Assembly (NCBI GenBank): GCA_963777605.1
Contig: CAVZRV010000010.1
Location: 416,001 to 480,000 of the forward strand
DNA from: an uncultured Acidobacteriota bacterium
GTDB lineage: Bacteria; Acidobacteriota; UBA6911; RPQK01; JAPXNP01
DNA length: 64,000 nt
Direction of reading: 5' to 3'
In this document: positions 21,095 to 30,039 of the stretch, in pieces
Position numbering within the stretch: the stretch's first letter is position 1
Layout of the letters: each line of letters begins with the position of its first letter
The notes under the pieces: generated by a model
The model's database searches: none
Told to the model about the DNA's origin: nothing
What the model saw: the letters and a program-made list of their open reading frames with translations, nothing else
Made by a program: the position numbers and the translations under genes

Positions 21095-21739
21095 ATGAAA
21101 TACGCAGTGAAGGAGCTTTATTACACCCTCCAGGGAGAAGGGGCACAGGCAGGCCGGCCCGCCATATTTTGCCGGTTCTCCGGGTGCAATCTCTGGTCGG
21201 GCCGGGAATCGGACCGCGCCTCAGCGGTTTGCAGTTTCTGTGACACCGACTTTGTCGGAACGGACGGCCCGGGCGGAGGCAAGTTCGAGAGTGCTGATGC
21301 GCTGGCAAGCGCAATCGCCTTGCTCTGGCCGGTCTCCCTCCCTGCCGGACCCTCTTCACGATTTGTCGTTTGCACCGGGGGAGAGCCACTCCTGCAACTT
21401 GATCTCCAACTGGTCAGTTCCCTTCACCGAGAAGGGTTCGAGGTTGCCGTGGAAACCAACGGAACCCGCCTTCCTCCGCCGGGGCTCGACTGGATCTGTG
21501 TCAGCCCGAAAGCCGGGTCCGACCTCGCACTCCGGCAAGGAAACGAACTCAAGCTGGTCTTTCCGCAACCGAAATTGTTGCCGGAGTCGGTTGAGGGACT
21601 GGACTTCGATCACTTCTACCTTCAACCAATGGACGGCCCTGGCCGCGTCGAGAACACACGACTGGCGGTTGAATATGTCCTGGCTCATCCGCGGTGGAAA
21701 CTCAGCCTGCAGACCCACAAATTCCTGGGCATTCCCTGA
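21095..21739 (+). CDS. queE: 7-carboxy-7-deazaguanine synthase (radical SAM, Cx14CxxC type)
   Basis: TLQGEG, GCNLWSGRE...CSFCDTDF, TGGEPLLQ, ETNG and LSLQTHK. Confidence 0.95.
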   Translation: MKYAVKELYYTLQGEGAQAGRPAIFCRFSGCNLWSGRESDRASAVCSFCDTDFVGTDGPGGGKFESADALASAIALLWPVSLPAGPSSRFVVCTGGEPLLQLDLQLVSSLHREGFEVAVETNGTRLPPPGLDWICVSPKAGSDLALRQGNELKLVFPQPKLLPESVEGLDFDHFYLQPMDGPGRVENTRLAVEYVLAHPRWKLSLQTHKFLGIP

Positions 21740-21776
21740 GTCCCCGGTCAGGCCAACCCGCGAGCGCGACCAACCG

Positions 21777-22475
21777 TCAGGCAAATTGTTTGCCCCAGAA
21801 CTCCAGGATCTCCGTCATTAGCACGTTTCCTTGCCGGAAATCCCCCCCGGGTTCGAGAATCGTCTCAGCGCTCTGGATCCACCTTCCGGGAGCCAGTTCG
21901 TTGCGGCAGTTTTCGACCAGCATTGAGGCACCGGGCGGCGTCATCTCGGGATGGAACTGCAATCCCAGGACCCGTTCTCCAATTGCAAACGCCTGGTTCC
22001 GACAGACGCGGCTCTGGGCGAGGCGAACGGCACCGGGCGGAAGATCGAATGTCTCCCCGTGCCAGTGAAAAGCCTCAAACGGTTCGCGAAAGATCGCCGA
22101 GAAAGCCGAGCCTTCCGCTTCCACGACAGGCTCAACCCGGAACCAGCCGATCTCCTTCTCACCATTCGGATAGACGGCGCTTCCCTGCGATGCCGCGATC
22201 AACTGGGCGCCCAGGCAGATTCCAAGAACCACCTTCGAGTCCTGGACGCTGGCTTGAATGAGTTGTTTCTCTTCGACCAGCCAGGGATACGAAGCCTCGT
22301 CGTTCGCGCTCATGGGCCCGCCCATCACGATCAGCCAGTCAAAATCGGAGACCTCGGGAAGAGTACCGGAGCGGAAAAGCTCGGTTGAGGCCAAAGATGC
22401 CGACCGGACGTCGAGCCACGAACGAATGCAGCCCAGCCCCTCGAAGGGAACATGTTGCAGGTAGTGCACGCGCAT
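21777..22475 (-). CDS. Type 1 glutamine amidotransferase (GMP synthase-like)
   Basis: LQHVPFEG, GICLGAQL nucleophile elbow, HWHGETF and LQFHPE. Confidence 0.92.
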   Translation of the reverse strand: MRVHYLQHVPFEGLGCIRSWLDVRSASLASTELFRSGTLPEVSDFDWLIVMGGPMSANDEASYPWLVEEKQLIQASVQDSKVVLGICLGAQLIAASQGSAVYPNGEKEIGWFRVEPVVEAEGSAFSAIFREPFEAFHWHGETFDLPPGAVRLAQSRVCRNQAFAIGERVLGLQFHPEMTPPGASMLVENCRNELAPGRWIQSAETILEPGGDFRQGNVLMTEILEFWGKQFA

Positions 22476-22522
22476 AAACACCCTCCTGGTGCCCGATCCG
22501 GTGGAGCCGACAGCATAGCATC

Positions 22523-23869
22523 TCACCTGGGCTCGACGAACTGGGAGCAGGGTTCGGGGCTGGAACGACAGGGAGGAGCGTTCAGAAAGAGTTCAGCAAT
22601 GCGGGGGTCATTGGCGTTTGGTGATTCGGAAAACTTCACAATATGCCCGAGTTGCTCGAGCATCTCGGGCGCAAACGGTTCCGAAAGCGAACCCGCGAGA
22701 AAGTGCTGGTGATAACTTCTTCGGAACTCGTCGTCCGGTTGGACCGCCAGGAGATTGAGTCCGCGATCGAACGTGTAAAAAACGCCAAAGCCGTAACCGT
22801 GCGTGCCTCCCACGTTAACAATCACCGCGTCGTCGGACGTACTCCAGACGGAGGTCACGAGTGACTGAAAACCGAGACGATCCTTGACGGCTGGCCGCGG
22901 AAACAGGAGATAGGAGAGGGTTGTCATTGAGGGCCGGCCAAAGATGTCCCGGCTCCTGGGAGGCGGTGCCATGAACGGAACGTCGAGTAGAACGACCGCG
23001 GGGTAACCCGGCCCCGGACCAGGGTTATTGATTCCACCAAGCAGGAGTTCATCGCTCCCGTCGCCATCGAAATCCGAGGCCAGGTAAGTGGTAAAGTGGC
23101 CCGGATGGCAATAGTCGCCAACCACCGTGCCGTCCTCGGGGTCAACGACCATGACCCGGGACGCAAATCGGGGGATGTTGACGACTGAGACGAAGACCCG
23201 GGTCCGAGTTCCACTTCTGAGGAGACCCGAAAGTCTCGGTGAGTACGTGTTGGAAAGGCCAACGCCGTCCCAGTCCAGCGCCACCGAAAGCTCGGTCGCC
23301 CAGCGCAGGTGACCCTCAAAATCGAGTCCAACCAGGTGGGAATGCATGCCGATATCGGTGAGGATCATCACGATCCGGCCGGGCGTGTCATCCGAGTCGC
23401 CTCCCAGAACGAAGTACCACGACGTCGAAGCGGGGACTCCCGTCCGGTAGAAGCCGAGATTCAGGTCCGGCACCGAGTACCTCCACAGCACCTTCCGCTC
23501 CCTGTCCAACCCAAGGACCGCTCCACTCTCGAGTGCGAGGACCACCGGCGCTGATGGTCCGGAGCGGGTCTGCAAGGCAAAGAACGCCGAAATCACGACT
23601 GCGACCGCGATGATCAGAGCAACAACACGGACCCGTCTCAGTCGCTTCCGTCCAACTGTCCGCTGTCGTGGAGGCGGCTCCGCCTTCTTTGACGATCTTC
23701 TCCTGCTCCAGGTCTCAATTTCATCTACATAGGCGAAGACCGTGCTGTTTTCCGAGAAGCGATGTACCGGGAGCCCTTCGTCCCGCTCCAGCTTCTGGGC
23801 AGTCCGAAGAGAAATCCCGAGGTGCTCAGAAATCTCCTTCCAGGTGGTCAGGCGACGACGGTGATCCAT
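22523..23869 (-). CDS. N-terminal HTH, single TM, extracytoplasmic beta-propeller/FG-GAP-like protein
   Basis: LTTWKEISEHLGISLRTAQKLERDEGLPVHR HTH-like domain; hydrophobic TM; DFDGDGSDELLLG Ca-binding repeat. Confidence 0.7.
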   Translation of the reverse strand: MDHRRRLTTWKEISEHLGISLRTAQKLERDEGLPVHRFSENSTVFAYVDEIETWSRRRSSKKAEPPPRQRTVGRKRLRRVRVVALIIAVAVVISAFFALQTRSGPSAPVVLALESGAVLGLDRERKVLWRYSVPDLNLGFYRTGVPASTSWYFVLGGDSDDTPGRIVMILTDIGMHSHLVGLDFEGHLRWATELSVALDWDGVGLSNTYSPRLSGLLRSGTRTRVFVSVVNIPRFASRVMVVDPEDGTVVGDYCHPGHFTTYLASDFDGDGSDELLLGGINNPGPGPGYPAVVLLDVPFMAPPPRSRDIFGRPSMTTLSYLLFPRPAVKDRLGFQSLVTSVWSTSDDAVIVNVGGTHGYGFGVFYTFDRGLNLLAVQPDDEFRRSYHQHFLAGSLSEPFAPEMLEQLGHIVKFSESPNANDPRIAELFLNAPPCRSSPEPCSQFVEPR

Positions 23870-24031
23870 TCGATGGTCTCAGTCTGAAGGACAAATGATG
23901 CAGGTTCAAGCCCCGCTATTGGTGATTGGTAGAACCGGAGCGATTCCTCCAGCAAACTCTGCTTGAGGTCCCAAAATGCTACGATAAAGGGACTCAGAAC
24001 AAATCTCTTTCTTTCTTAAAAGGAGGCTTCT

Positions 24032-24541
24032 ATGAAGATTGCCAATGTGCTCTTGAGTTCACTTCTGTTTTGCTGTCTGGCCGTGTCGGTGTTCCCCCAG
24101 GGGGACCGTGGCAAGGCCGAACTGAAGGTTTCCGGGGGCAGCGTCTCGGTTGACTATGGCCGCCCCAGTCTTCAGGGTCGAGACATGCTGTCCAAGCTTC
24201 AGGCGGGCAATGCCTGGCGCATGGGCATGAACCAGGCGACGACCCTGACGACTCCGGTTGACCTGACCTTCGGTTCCGTCAAGATCGCCAAGGGAAGCTA
24301 CAGCCTGTTCCTGCTCAAGACCGGTGCCGACAGTTATCAGCTGGTCTTTAACTCCCAGACCGGTCAGTGGGGCACGCAGCATGACACGACCAAAGACATC
24401 GCCAAGGTGGACATGAAGAAGGCCGACTTGTCGAGTCCCGTGGAGACGTTCACAATTGACTTGAAGAGTTCGGCCGGAGGAGGGACTTTTGTCATGACCT
24501 GGGGCAAGCTGGAATTGTCAGCCCAGTTCAAGGCAAGTTAG
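24032..24541 (+). CDS. DUF2911 family secreted protein
   Basis: Signal peptide; VDYGRPS, WRMGMNQAT, GSYSLF and GQWG; AAGGAGG RBS. Confidence 0.88.
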   Translation: MKIANVLLSSLLFCCLAVSVFPQGDRGKAELKVSGGSVSVDYGRPSLQGRDMLSKLQAGNAWRMGMNQATTLTTPVDLTFGSVKIAKGSYSLFLLKTGADSYQLVFNSQTGQWGTQHDTTKDIAKVDMKKADLSSPVETFTIDLKSSAGGGTFVMTWGKLELSAQFKAS

Positions 24542-24620
24542 TTTCGACTGAAGGCTTGAAGGAGTTCGAGAGCCAGTTGGACTTCACCGGCTCTCGCAGA
24601 AATATGAAGAAGGAAAGAAC

Positions 24621-25022
24621 GTGAGAAAGCAGAACCCACTACTCGCAGGAACGCTGATACTCTTTCTACTCACCATTTGCTGCGGCCAGAGCTTCGCGGC
24701 CGGTCGGCACGTTGTCTCAACGGACGAATTGCGAACTGCAGCGCAGTCGCTGGCGGCCGACCGGCAGGCCAAGCTCGAGAGCATCGATTCCTTCTTGCGC
24801 TCGCCCGAGGTGGTGAAAGCGCTCAAGGGGCAGTCTTTGCCGCTTGAGCAGGTCCGCGAGGCGGTTCCATTCCTCAGCAATGCGGAACTTTCCCAACTTG
24901 CCGAGCAATCTAAGCTGATCCAGCACGACATCCAGGCCGGTGCCCTGAATAACCAGCAGATCACCTATATCCTGATCGCGCTGATCACGGCCGTAGTAGT
25001 GTTGATTCTGACCGCGGACTGA
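24621..25022 (+). CDS. PA2779-family exported protein with C-terminal hydrophobic tail
   Basis: Signal peptide ending SFA; helical core FLRSPEV...LSNAELSQLA; then DIQAG followed by hydrophobic ITYILIALITAVVVLIL. Confidence 0.75.
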   Translation: MRKQNPLLAGTLILFLLTICCGQSFAAGRHVVSTDELRTAAQSLAADRQAKLESIDSFLRSPEVVKALKGQSLPLEQVREAVPFLSNAELSQLAEQSKLIQHDIQAGALNNQQITYILIALITAVVVLILTAD

Positions 25023-25029
25023 TATTGCC

Positions 25030-25563
25030 GTGACCGGATTCTTGCTGCTCTGCACGATGCTGCTGAACGCGGCACCCCTGGAAAGGGGGGCGTGGATCGA
25101 TGTGCCTTTTGTGCAGCAGGGCCAGAATGGATGCGGTGCAGCCTCGGCCCTCATGGTCTATCGCTATTGGTCCGAGAAGTTCCCCGAACTGGCGCGACAG
25201 GCAGAAGGGCTCGAAGAGGCGGAGGGCCTCCTCCAACCGGACCTGCAGGCAGGCATCACCGGGTCAACCCTGGAGGCCTTCTTCAAGGGTACAGGGTTCC
25301 AGACGTTTGTTTTCGAGGGGGCGTGGAAGGACCTGGACACGCACATTCGAAAAGGACGCCCCCTCATCGTCTCGATCGACGGCGGAGGTTCCACCGTCCC
25401 ATTGCATTTTGTCGTGGTTTGCGGTGTCGATCCTGAAAACAACCTCGTCTTTTTGAACGATCCCGCTCGGAAAAAGCTGCTCAGTCTTCACCGGGCCGAC
25501 TTCGAGAAACGCTGGCTGAAATCACAGAACTGGACGCTTCTGGTAGTTCCTCAACCCGGCTAA
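25030..25563 (+). CDS. Stand-alone secreted C39-like cysteine peptidase (PA2778-like)
   Basis: Hydrophobic N-terminus; VPFVQQ-x3-GCGAA (oxyanion Gln and catalytic Cys), LHFVVVCG (His), NDP (Asp) and FEKRW. Confidence 0.85.
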   Translation: MTGFLLLCTMLLNAAPLERGAWIDVPFVQQGQNGCGAASALMVYRYWSEKFPELARQAEGLEEAEGLLQPDLQAGITGSTLEAFFKGTGFQTFVFEGAWKDLDTHIRKGRPLIVSIDGGGSTVPLHFVVVCGVDPENNLVFLNDPARKKLLSLHRADFEKRWLKSQNWTLLVVPQPG

Positions 25564-27281
25564 TGGCTCGCAGACTTGCCGCAATTCCCGTCCTGATCGC
25601 GGCGATCTGCGTCAGTCTTCAGGCAATCTCGCCGGCTCCCCAAGACGTCGGTCAGACCGATCGGGAGATTGTGGAGTCCCTCGAACACCTCGGCGACGAA
25701 GGTGACTGGCAGGCTCTCCTGGAGCGGGCCGCCGACCTTTCCCCGGACTCCGCGGACCGTATTTTCTACGAGGGAATCGCGCTGGCGGGATTGGATCGGC
25801 GCAAGGATGCTGCTGAACGCCTTCGGAGAGGAGCATCCCTCTTCCCCGACGAGCAACGTTTTCCACTCGAACTCGCCGGCATTGAGTACCGGGAGCGAGC
25901 GTATGATCAGGCCCGGGAAAACCTCCGCCGGGCTTTGAAGATTGACCCCGACGACTCTTACGCGGCTGAATTCCTGGCGACCCTCTATTTCCTGGACGGC
26001 AGACTTCTCCCTGCCCTCGAATACTGGAACCACGTTGGCCGCCCCCGGCTCGACTCGATCGAGTTTCGTCCTGAGCCCGGTCTCGACCCTGTTCTACTGA
26101 ACCGGGCGATCTCGGCAACACCGGGTGAGGTCCTGACAGTTCGACAAATGCGCGACTCCACGTCCATTCTGGAGAGCCTCCAACTCTTCTCGCGGATCGC
26201 CCCGGAACTTGCGCCGGGCCCAAGCGACTCCTACACCCTCACACTCAGGCTGCTTCGGAAGCAGGGACTTGAATCCGGGGCGAAATGGGCGGCCTTGTCG
26301 GCCCTCCGGGAAATACCCTTCGAAACGCTCCATCTCGACCTGTTCAACCTCGACCACCGTGGCCTGTCCGTTCAGTCCCGGGTACGCTGGAATGCTCACC
26401 GGCGCTGGGCCACGTTCAAGCTTTCCCGGCCTTTTCCTGAGCGGCCGGACTGGCAGTGGCGGGTCAGCGGGAACTGGCGGGCGGAGGACTGGCGCTTTCC
26501 ACCACCGGATTTGGCGCAGCCTGAGAAAGAACTGCAGGCAGCGTTGGACCGGCAGGACGCCCGGTTCCACCTCACGAAGACCGCGGGGAGTCGATGGTGG
26601 TTAACGAGCGGGTTGCGTTTCACGAAGCGAACCTGGACACCGTCCACAACGGCTTCGGCACCCCTCTCCGATTTCAGCGATGGTGATTCCCTGCACTATC
26701 GGCTCGAATCCGGCAGGGAAATCCTCTACGACCCAGCCCGCGATCTCCGATTGACGCTGGCCGGGTCGTTCGAGGCGGGCCGCTTTCTCAATTCCAGTCG
26801 TTCCCGGATGGGGTTGCTCGCGGGCGACCTGAATCTGGATTGGCCCCTGGCCCGTTCGTCCAGGGACTGGCGAATCCAAGTCGGAGTTCGGGGAGGATCG
26901 ACCTTCGGCGATCCCCCCGTCGATGAGCAGTTCTCCCTCGGACTCGATCGCGACCACAACCGGGGGATGCGGGCTCACCCTGCGTTCCGTGACGGCTACA
27001 ATGGGAGTGCCCCGATCGGCCGACGCCTCTTCCTGGTTCGGTCGGACATTGAGAAGCGGGTCTGGGAACGCGATTTTCTCACCATATCGTTGGCACCTTT
27101 TTGCGATCTCGGGAAGGTCTCCGCTGGAGCACCCAGTTCGCAACCCTCCCTCTGGCTGGTTGATACGGGGGTGGAATTCCGGGTGAGGCTGGTCTCGGGA
27201 GTCGGATTCAACCTGGCCCTCGGCCGCGACCTGAGACAGGGCCGCACGTCGGTCTTTGCATACTCCCCCGAGTTCAATTGA
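25563..27281 (+). CDS. TPR + POTRA-like + Omp85-type beta-barrel outer-membrane protein
   Basis: Signal peptide; TPR helices; POTRA-like segment LDSIEF...PGEVLT...LESLQLFSRI; amphipathic strands, FCDLG (FxDxG motif) and an aromatic C-terminus. TAATG overlap with the peptidase gene. Confidence 0.7.
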   Translation: MARRLAAIPVLIAAICVSLQAISPAPQDVGQTDREIVESLEHLGDEGDWQALLERAADLSPDSADRIFYEGIALAGLDRRKDAAERLRRGASLFPDEQRFPLELAGIEYRERAYDQARENLRRALKIDPDDSYAAEFLATLYFLDGRLLPALEYWNHVGRPRLDSIEFRPEPGLDPVLLNRAISATPGEVLTVRQMRDSTSILESLQLFSRIAPELAPGPSDSYTLTLRLLRKQGLESGAKWAALSALREIPFETLHLDLFNLDHRGLSVQSRVRWNAHRRWATFKLSRPFPERPDWQWRVSGNWRAEDWRFPPPDLAQPEKELQAALDRQDARFHLTKTAGSRWWLTSGLRFTKRTWTPSTTASAPLSDFSDGDSLHYRLESGREILYDPARDLRLTLAGSFEAGRFLNSSRSRMGLLAGDLNLDWPLARSSRDWRIQVGVRGGSTFGDPPVDEQFSLGLDRDHNRGMRAHPAFRDGYNGSAPIGRRLFLVRSDIEKRVWERDFLTISLAPFCDLGKVSAGAPSSQPSLWLVDTGVEFRVRLVSGVGFNLALGRDLRQGRTSVFAYSPEFN

Positions 27282-27297
27282 GGCCGTCTCCGGCCTG

Positions 27298-27975
27298 TTA
27301 ATCCAGCGGTGTGAGTTCGACCTTGCGGAACTCCACTTCCGTTCCCTCGGCCTGAAGGGCGATCTTGCCGGACGAAACCGAAGCATTAGAGCCGTCGTTG
27401 ACCAGGTCGCCGTTGACCCAGACTTTGACTCCCCGGCCGCGGCACTCGATGACCATGGTGTTCCATTCACCGAGGGGCTTTTCGGAGTTGTCGGTCAGGT
27501 TGAGGATATGCCGCGCATCCTGGGGCCCGCCGCCATACTTCTGGCCGGCCTTGCGTGGTCGCCTCTGTTCCATGTTGGGGACTTCAATGTTCTCCTCGAT
27601 ACACCAGAAATCTCCCGCGTCTCCGGACTGCATCTGCACTTCGATGGACTGGGGAAACATCCCGTAAAGGGCCCGCGATTTTGAGGCGTGAACCAGCACG
27701 CCGCAGTTGCCACCTTCGTGAGGGAATCGGTACTCCACCTCGAGCCGGTAGTTGGAGTAGGTCTTGTTGGTAACGAGGTGCCCGCCCGGTTTGCCCATGC
27801 TGACCAGCATCCCGTCACGAACAATGAAACTGGGAGAGACATTGGGGTTCTTGTCCGCCTCGGGAACGTCGGCCGTCCAACCGGAGAGGTCTTTCCCATT
27901 GAACAGGGAGATCGTGTCGCCCGCACTGACCAGTGAGCACACTGCGATCGTAGAAAGGAGAATTCGTGAAATCAT
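27298..27975 (-). CDS. DUF1080 (3-keto-disaccharide hydrolase-like) secreted protein
   Basis: SLFNGKDLSGW, GNCGV, EVQ, GEWN and GKIALQAEG. Confidence 0.9.
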   Translation of the reverse strand: MISRILLSTIAVCSLVSAGDTISLFNGKDLSGWTADVPEADKNPNVSPSFIVRDGMLVSMGKPGGHLVTNKTYSNYRLEVEYRFPHEGGNCGVLVHASKSRALYGMFPQSIEVQMQSGDAGDFWCIEENIEVPNMEQRRPRKAGQKYGGGPQDARHILNLTDNSEKPLGEWNTMVIECRGRGVKVWVNGDLVNDGSNASVSSGKIALQAEGTEVEFRKVELTPLD

Positions 27976-28181
27976 TGCAACACTCTAAGCCAAGGCAACC
28001 TGCTCCCGCAAGCCGCCTTGAAACTCCCGGCGAGTTGAAGGATCAGGAGGGACTGGGGATTTGGAGAAACGGGAACCGTGGATGAACTGCTGGATCTGGA
28101 CGAACCAATTTCCGGGCTGGGAGGCTTTACGTCTCCGATTCATGCGAATACAATTTTACTCAAATCTAAAGGAGGATTTTC

Positions 28182-28475
28182 ATGCCTACCTACATTACCC
28201 TCTACCGGTACACCCAACAGGGCATCAAGAACATCAAGAAATCGCCCCATCGGGTCGAGGAAGCCAGGAAAGCTATCGAGAAAGCGGGAGCGAAACTCAA
28301 GGCCATCTACCTGACCATGGGTCAGTACGACCTCATTGCAGTCTCTGAGTGGCCCAACGAAGAGTCAGCGGCGGCCTTTCTGCTCGGCCAAGGTGCACAG
28401 GGCAACGTGACCTCGGAGAGCCTCAGGGCGTTCAGCGAAGAAGAGTTCAAGAGTATCGTCACCAAGATCGGCTAG
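28182..28475 (+). CDS. GYD domain protein
   Basis: MPTYITL-x-YTQQG, TMGQYD and GNVTSESLRAF; AAGGAGG RBS. Confidence 0.9.
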   Translation: MPTYITLYRYTQQGIKNIKKSPHRVEEARKAIEKAGAKLKAIYLTMGQYDLIAVSEWPNEESAAAFLLGQGAQGNVTSESLRAFSEEEFKSIVTKIG

Positions 28476-28623
28476 CCAAACAGGCATCCAGGGGTTCTTT
28501 TTTCCCAGGCGCTCCTGCTAGAGTGTGAAGCTCTGAACCTGCACTTGCCGGAAGCTTGCTCCGGTGGTGCAGTACCCGTTCAGATCGAAACTGCATCACA
28601 CGACAGGAAGATAGGAGAGGTCT

Positions 28624-29970
28624 GTGAATTCTTTTCTCCTTGGTGCCACGGTAATCGCCGCCCTGGGCGGCTTCCTCTTCGGCTTCGACACGGCCGTCAT
28701 TTCGGGGACTACCGGATGGCTGACCCGTGTTTACTCGCTGAGTCCTTTCGCACTTGGTTTTACAGTTGCCAGTGCCTTGATCGGAACAATCTTCGGCGCC
28801 ATCCTCGCTGGACGTCCAGCGGATATTTTGGGACGGCGCAAAGTGCTGCTCCTGATCGCGGTTCTGTACTTCGTCTCAGCTCTCGGCAGCGGGCTGGCCT
28901 GGGACTGGTATTCTTTCCTGGTCTTCCGGTTCATCGGAGGTCTTGGAGTCGGCGGCGCGTCGGTCGTTTCACCGCTCTACATTGCGGAGATCTCACCCGC
29001 CCGGTTCCGCGGGCGGTTGGTGGCAATGACCCAGTTCAACATCGTTCTGGGTATCCTGGTGGCATTCTTCTCCAACTTCCTGATTTCCAGAACACACCTT
29101 GGAACCATTGAATGGCGATTGATGTTTGGGGTTGAGGCCGTGCCGGCGGCTCTCTTCTTCGCACTTCTCTTCCTGGTTCCGGACAGTCCACGCTGGCTGG
29201 TCGCCCAGGGGCGAACCGCCCGGGCAACCGAGATCCTCGATCGACTGGGGACCGACACCGGGAACGTCGAAGCGGAGATTGCCGAGATCCGTCGCTCTCT
29301 CGATCTCGATCACCACACCCTGAAGGAACCGTTGCTGCAGCGACGCTACATGAAACCGGTCCTGCTGGCGGTAGCCATCGCGATGTTTAACCAGCTGTCC
29401 GGGATCAATGCCCTGATGTACTACGCACCGTACATCTTCCGAATGGCCGGAGCCGGGGAAGACTCGGCCCTTCTCCAAACAGTGGCGGTCGGAGGGACCA
29501 ACCTGGTCCTCACCATGCTCGCGCTGCTCCTGATCGACAGTTTCGGGCGCCGCAAGTTGATGCTGGTCGGGTCGGTGGGCTACATCGCAAGCCTCAGCAG
29601 CACAGCCTGGGCCTTTTACACCTACGGAACCAACTTCAACGCCACCGGAAGTCTCGTCGTTCTGATCAGCCTGATGGTTTTTATCGCATCTCACGCGTTC
29701 GGCCAGGGAGCCGTCATCTGGGTCTTCATCAGTGAGATCTTTCCCAACCGGGTTCGTGCCCGGGGACAGGCGCTCGGCAGTTTTACGCACTGGGTGATGG
29801 CAGCCCTGATCTCCTGGACTTTCCCGGTGATCGCCTCCATCTCGGGAGGTCACACCTTCGCTTTCTACGCCGCCATGATGGTGCTGCAGTTACTCTGGGT
29901 GATCTGGATCATGCCCGAGACCAAAGGAGTACCGCTCGAGCAAATCCAGAAACAACTGGGAATCGAGTAA
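28624..29970 (+). CDS. Sugar porter family MFS transporter (XylE-like)
   Basis: GGFLFGFDTAVISG, PLYIAEISP-x2-RGRL, QLSGIN and PETKG. Confidence 0.95.
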   Translation: MNSFLLGATVIAALGGFLFGFDTAVISGTTGWLTRVYSLSPFALGFTVASALIGTIFGAILAGRPADILGRRKVLLLIAVLYFVSALGSGLAWDWYSFLVFRFIGGLGVGGASVVSPLYIAEISPARFRGRLVAMTQFNIVLGILVAFFSNFLISRTHLGTIEWRLMFGVEAVPAALFFALLFLVPDSPRWLVAQGRTARATEILDRLGTDTGNVEAEIAEIRRSLDLDHHTLKEPLLQRRYMKPVLLAVAIAMFNQLSGINALMYYAPYIFRMAGAGEDSALLQTVAVGGTNLVLTMLALLLIDSFGRRKLMLVGSVGYIASLSSTAWAFYTYGTNFNATGSLVVLISLMVFIASHAFGQGAVIWVFISEIFPNRVRARGQALGSFTHWVMAALISWTFPVIASISGGHTFAFYAAMMVLQLLWVIWIMPETKGVPLEQIQKQLGIE

Positions 29971-29972
29971 AT

Positions 29973-30014
29973 GAAAGCCGGACCAGTCTGACAGGTCGGA
30001 CCGGTCCGACTTTC
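29973..30014. repeat. Palindromic 9-mer repeat cluster between convergent genes (possible terminator)
   Basis: GAAAG-CCGGACCAGTCTGACAG-GTCGGACCGGTCCGAC-TTTC, containing a perfect 16-bp palindrome. Confidence 0.5.
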
Positions 30015-30039
30015 AAGGAATCAGGCTAAGCCGTGACGG

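Noticed and set aside
1894-30014. Short repeats at 1894, 12767 and 29973 as CRISPR arrays
   Set aside because: Units are 7-9 bp with no unique spacers, and there are no cas genes.
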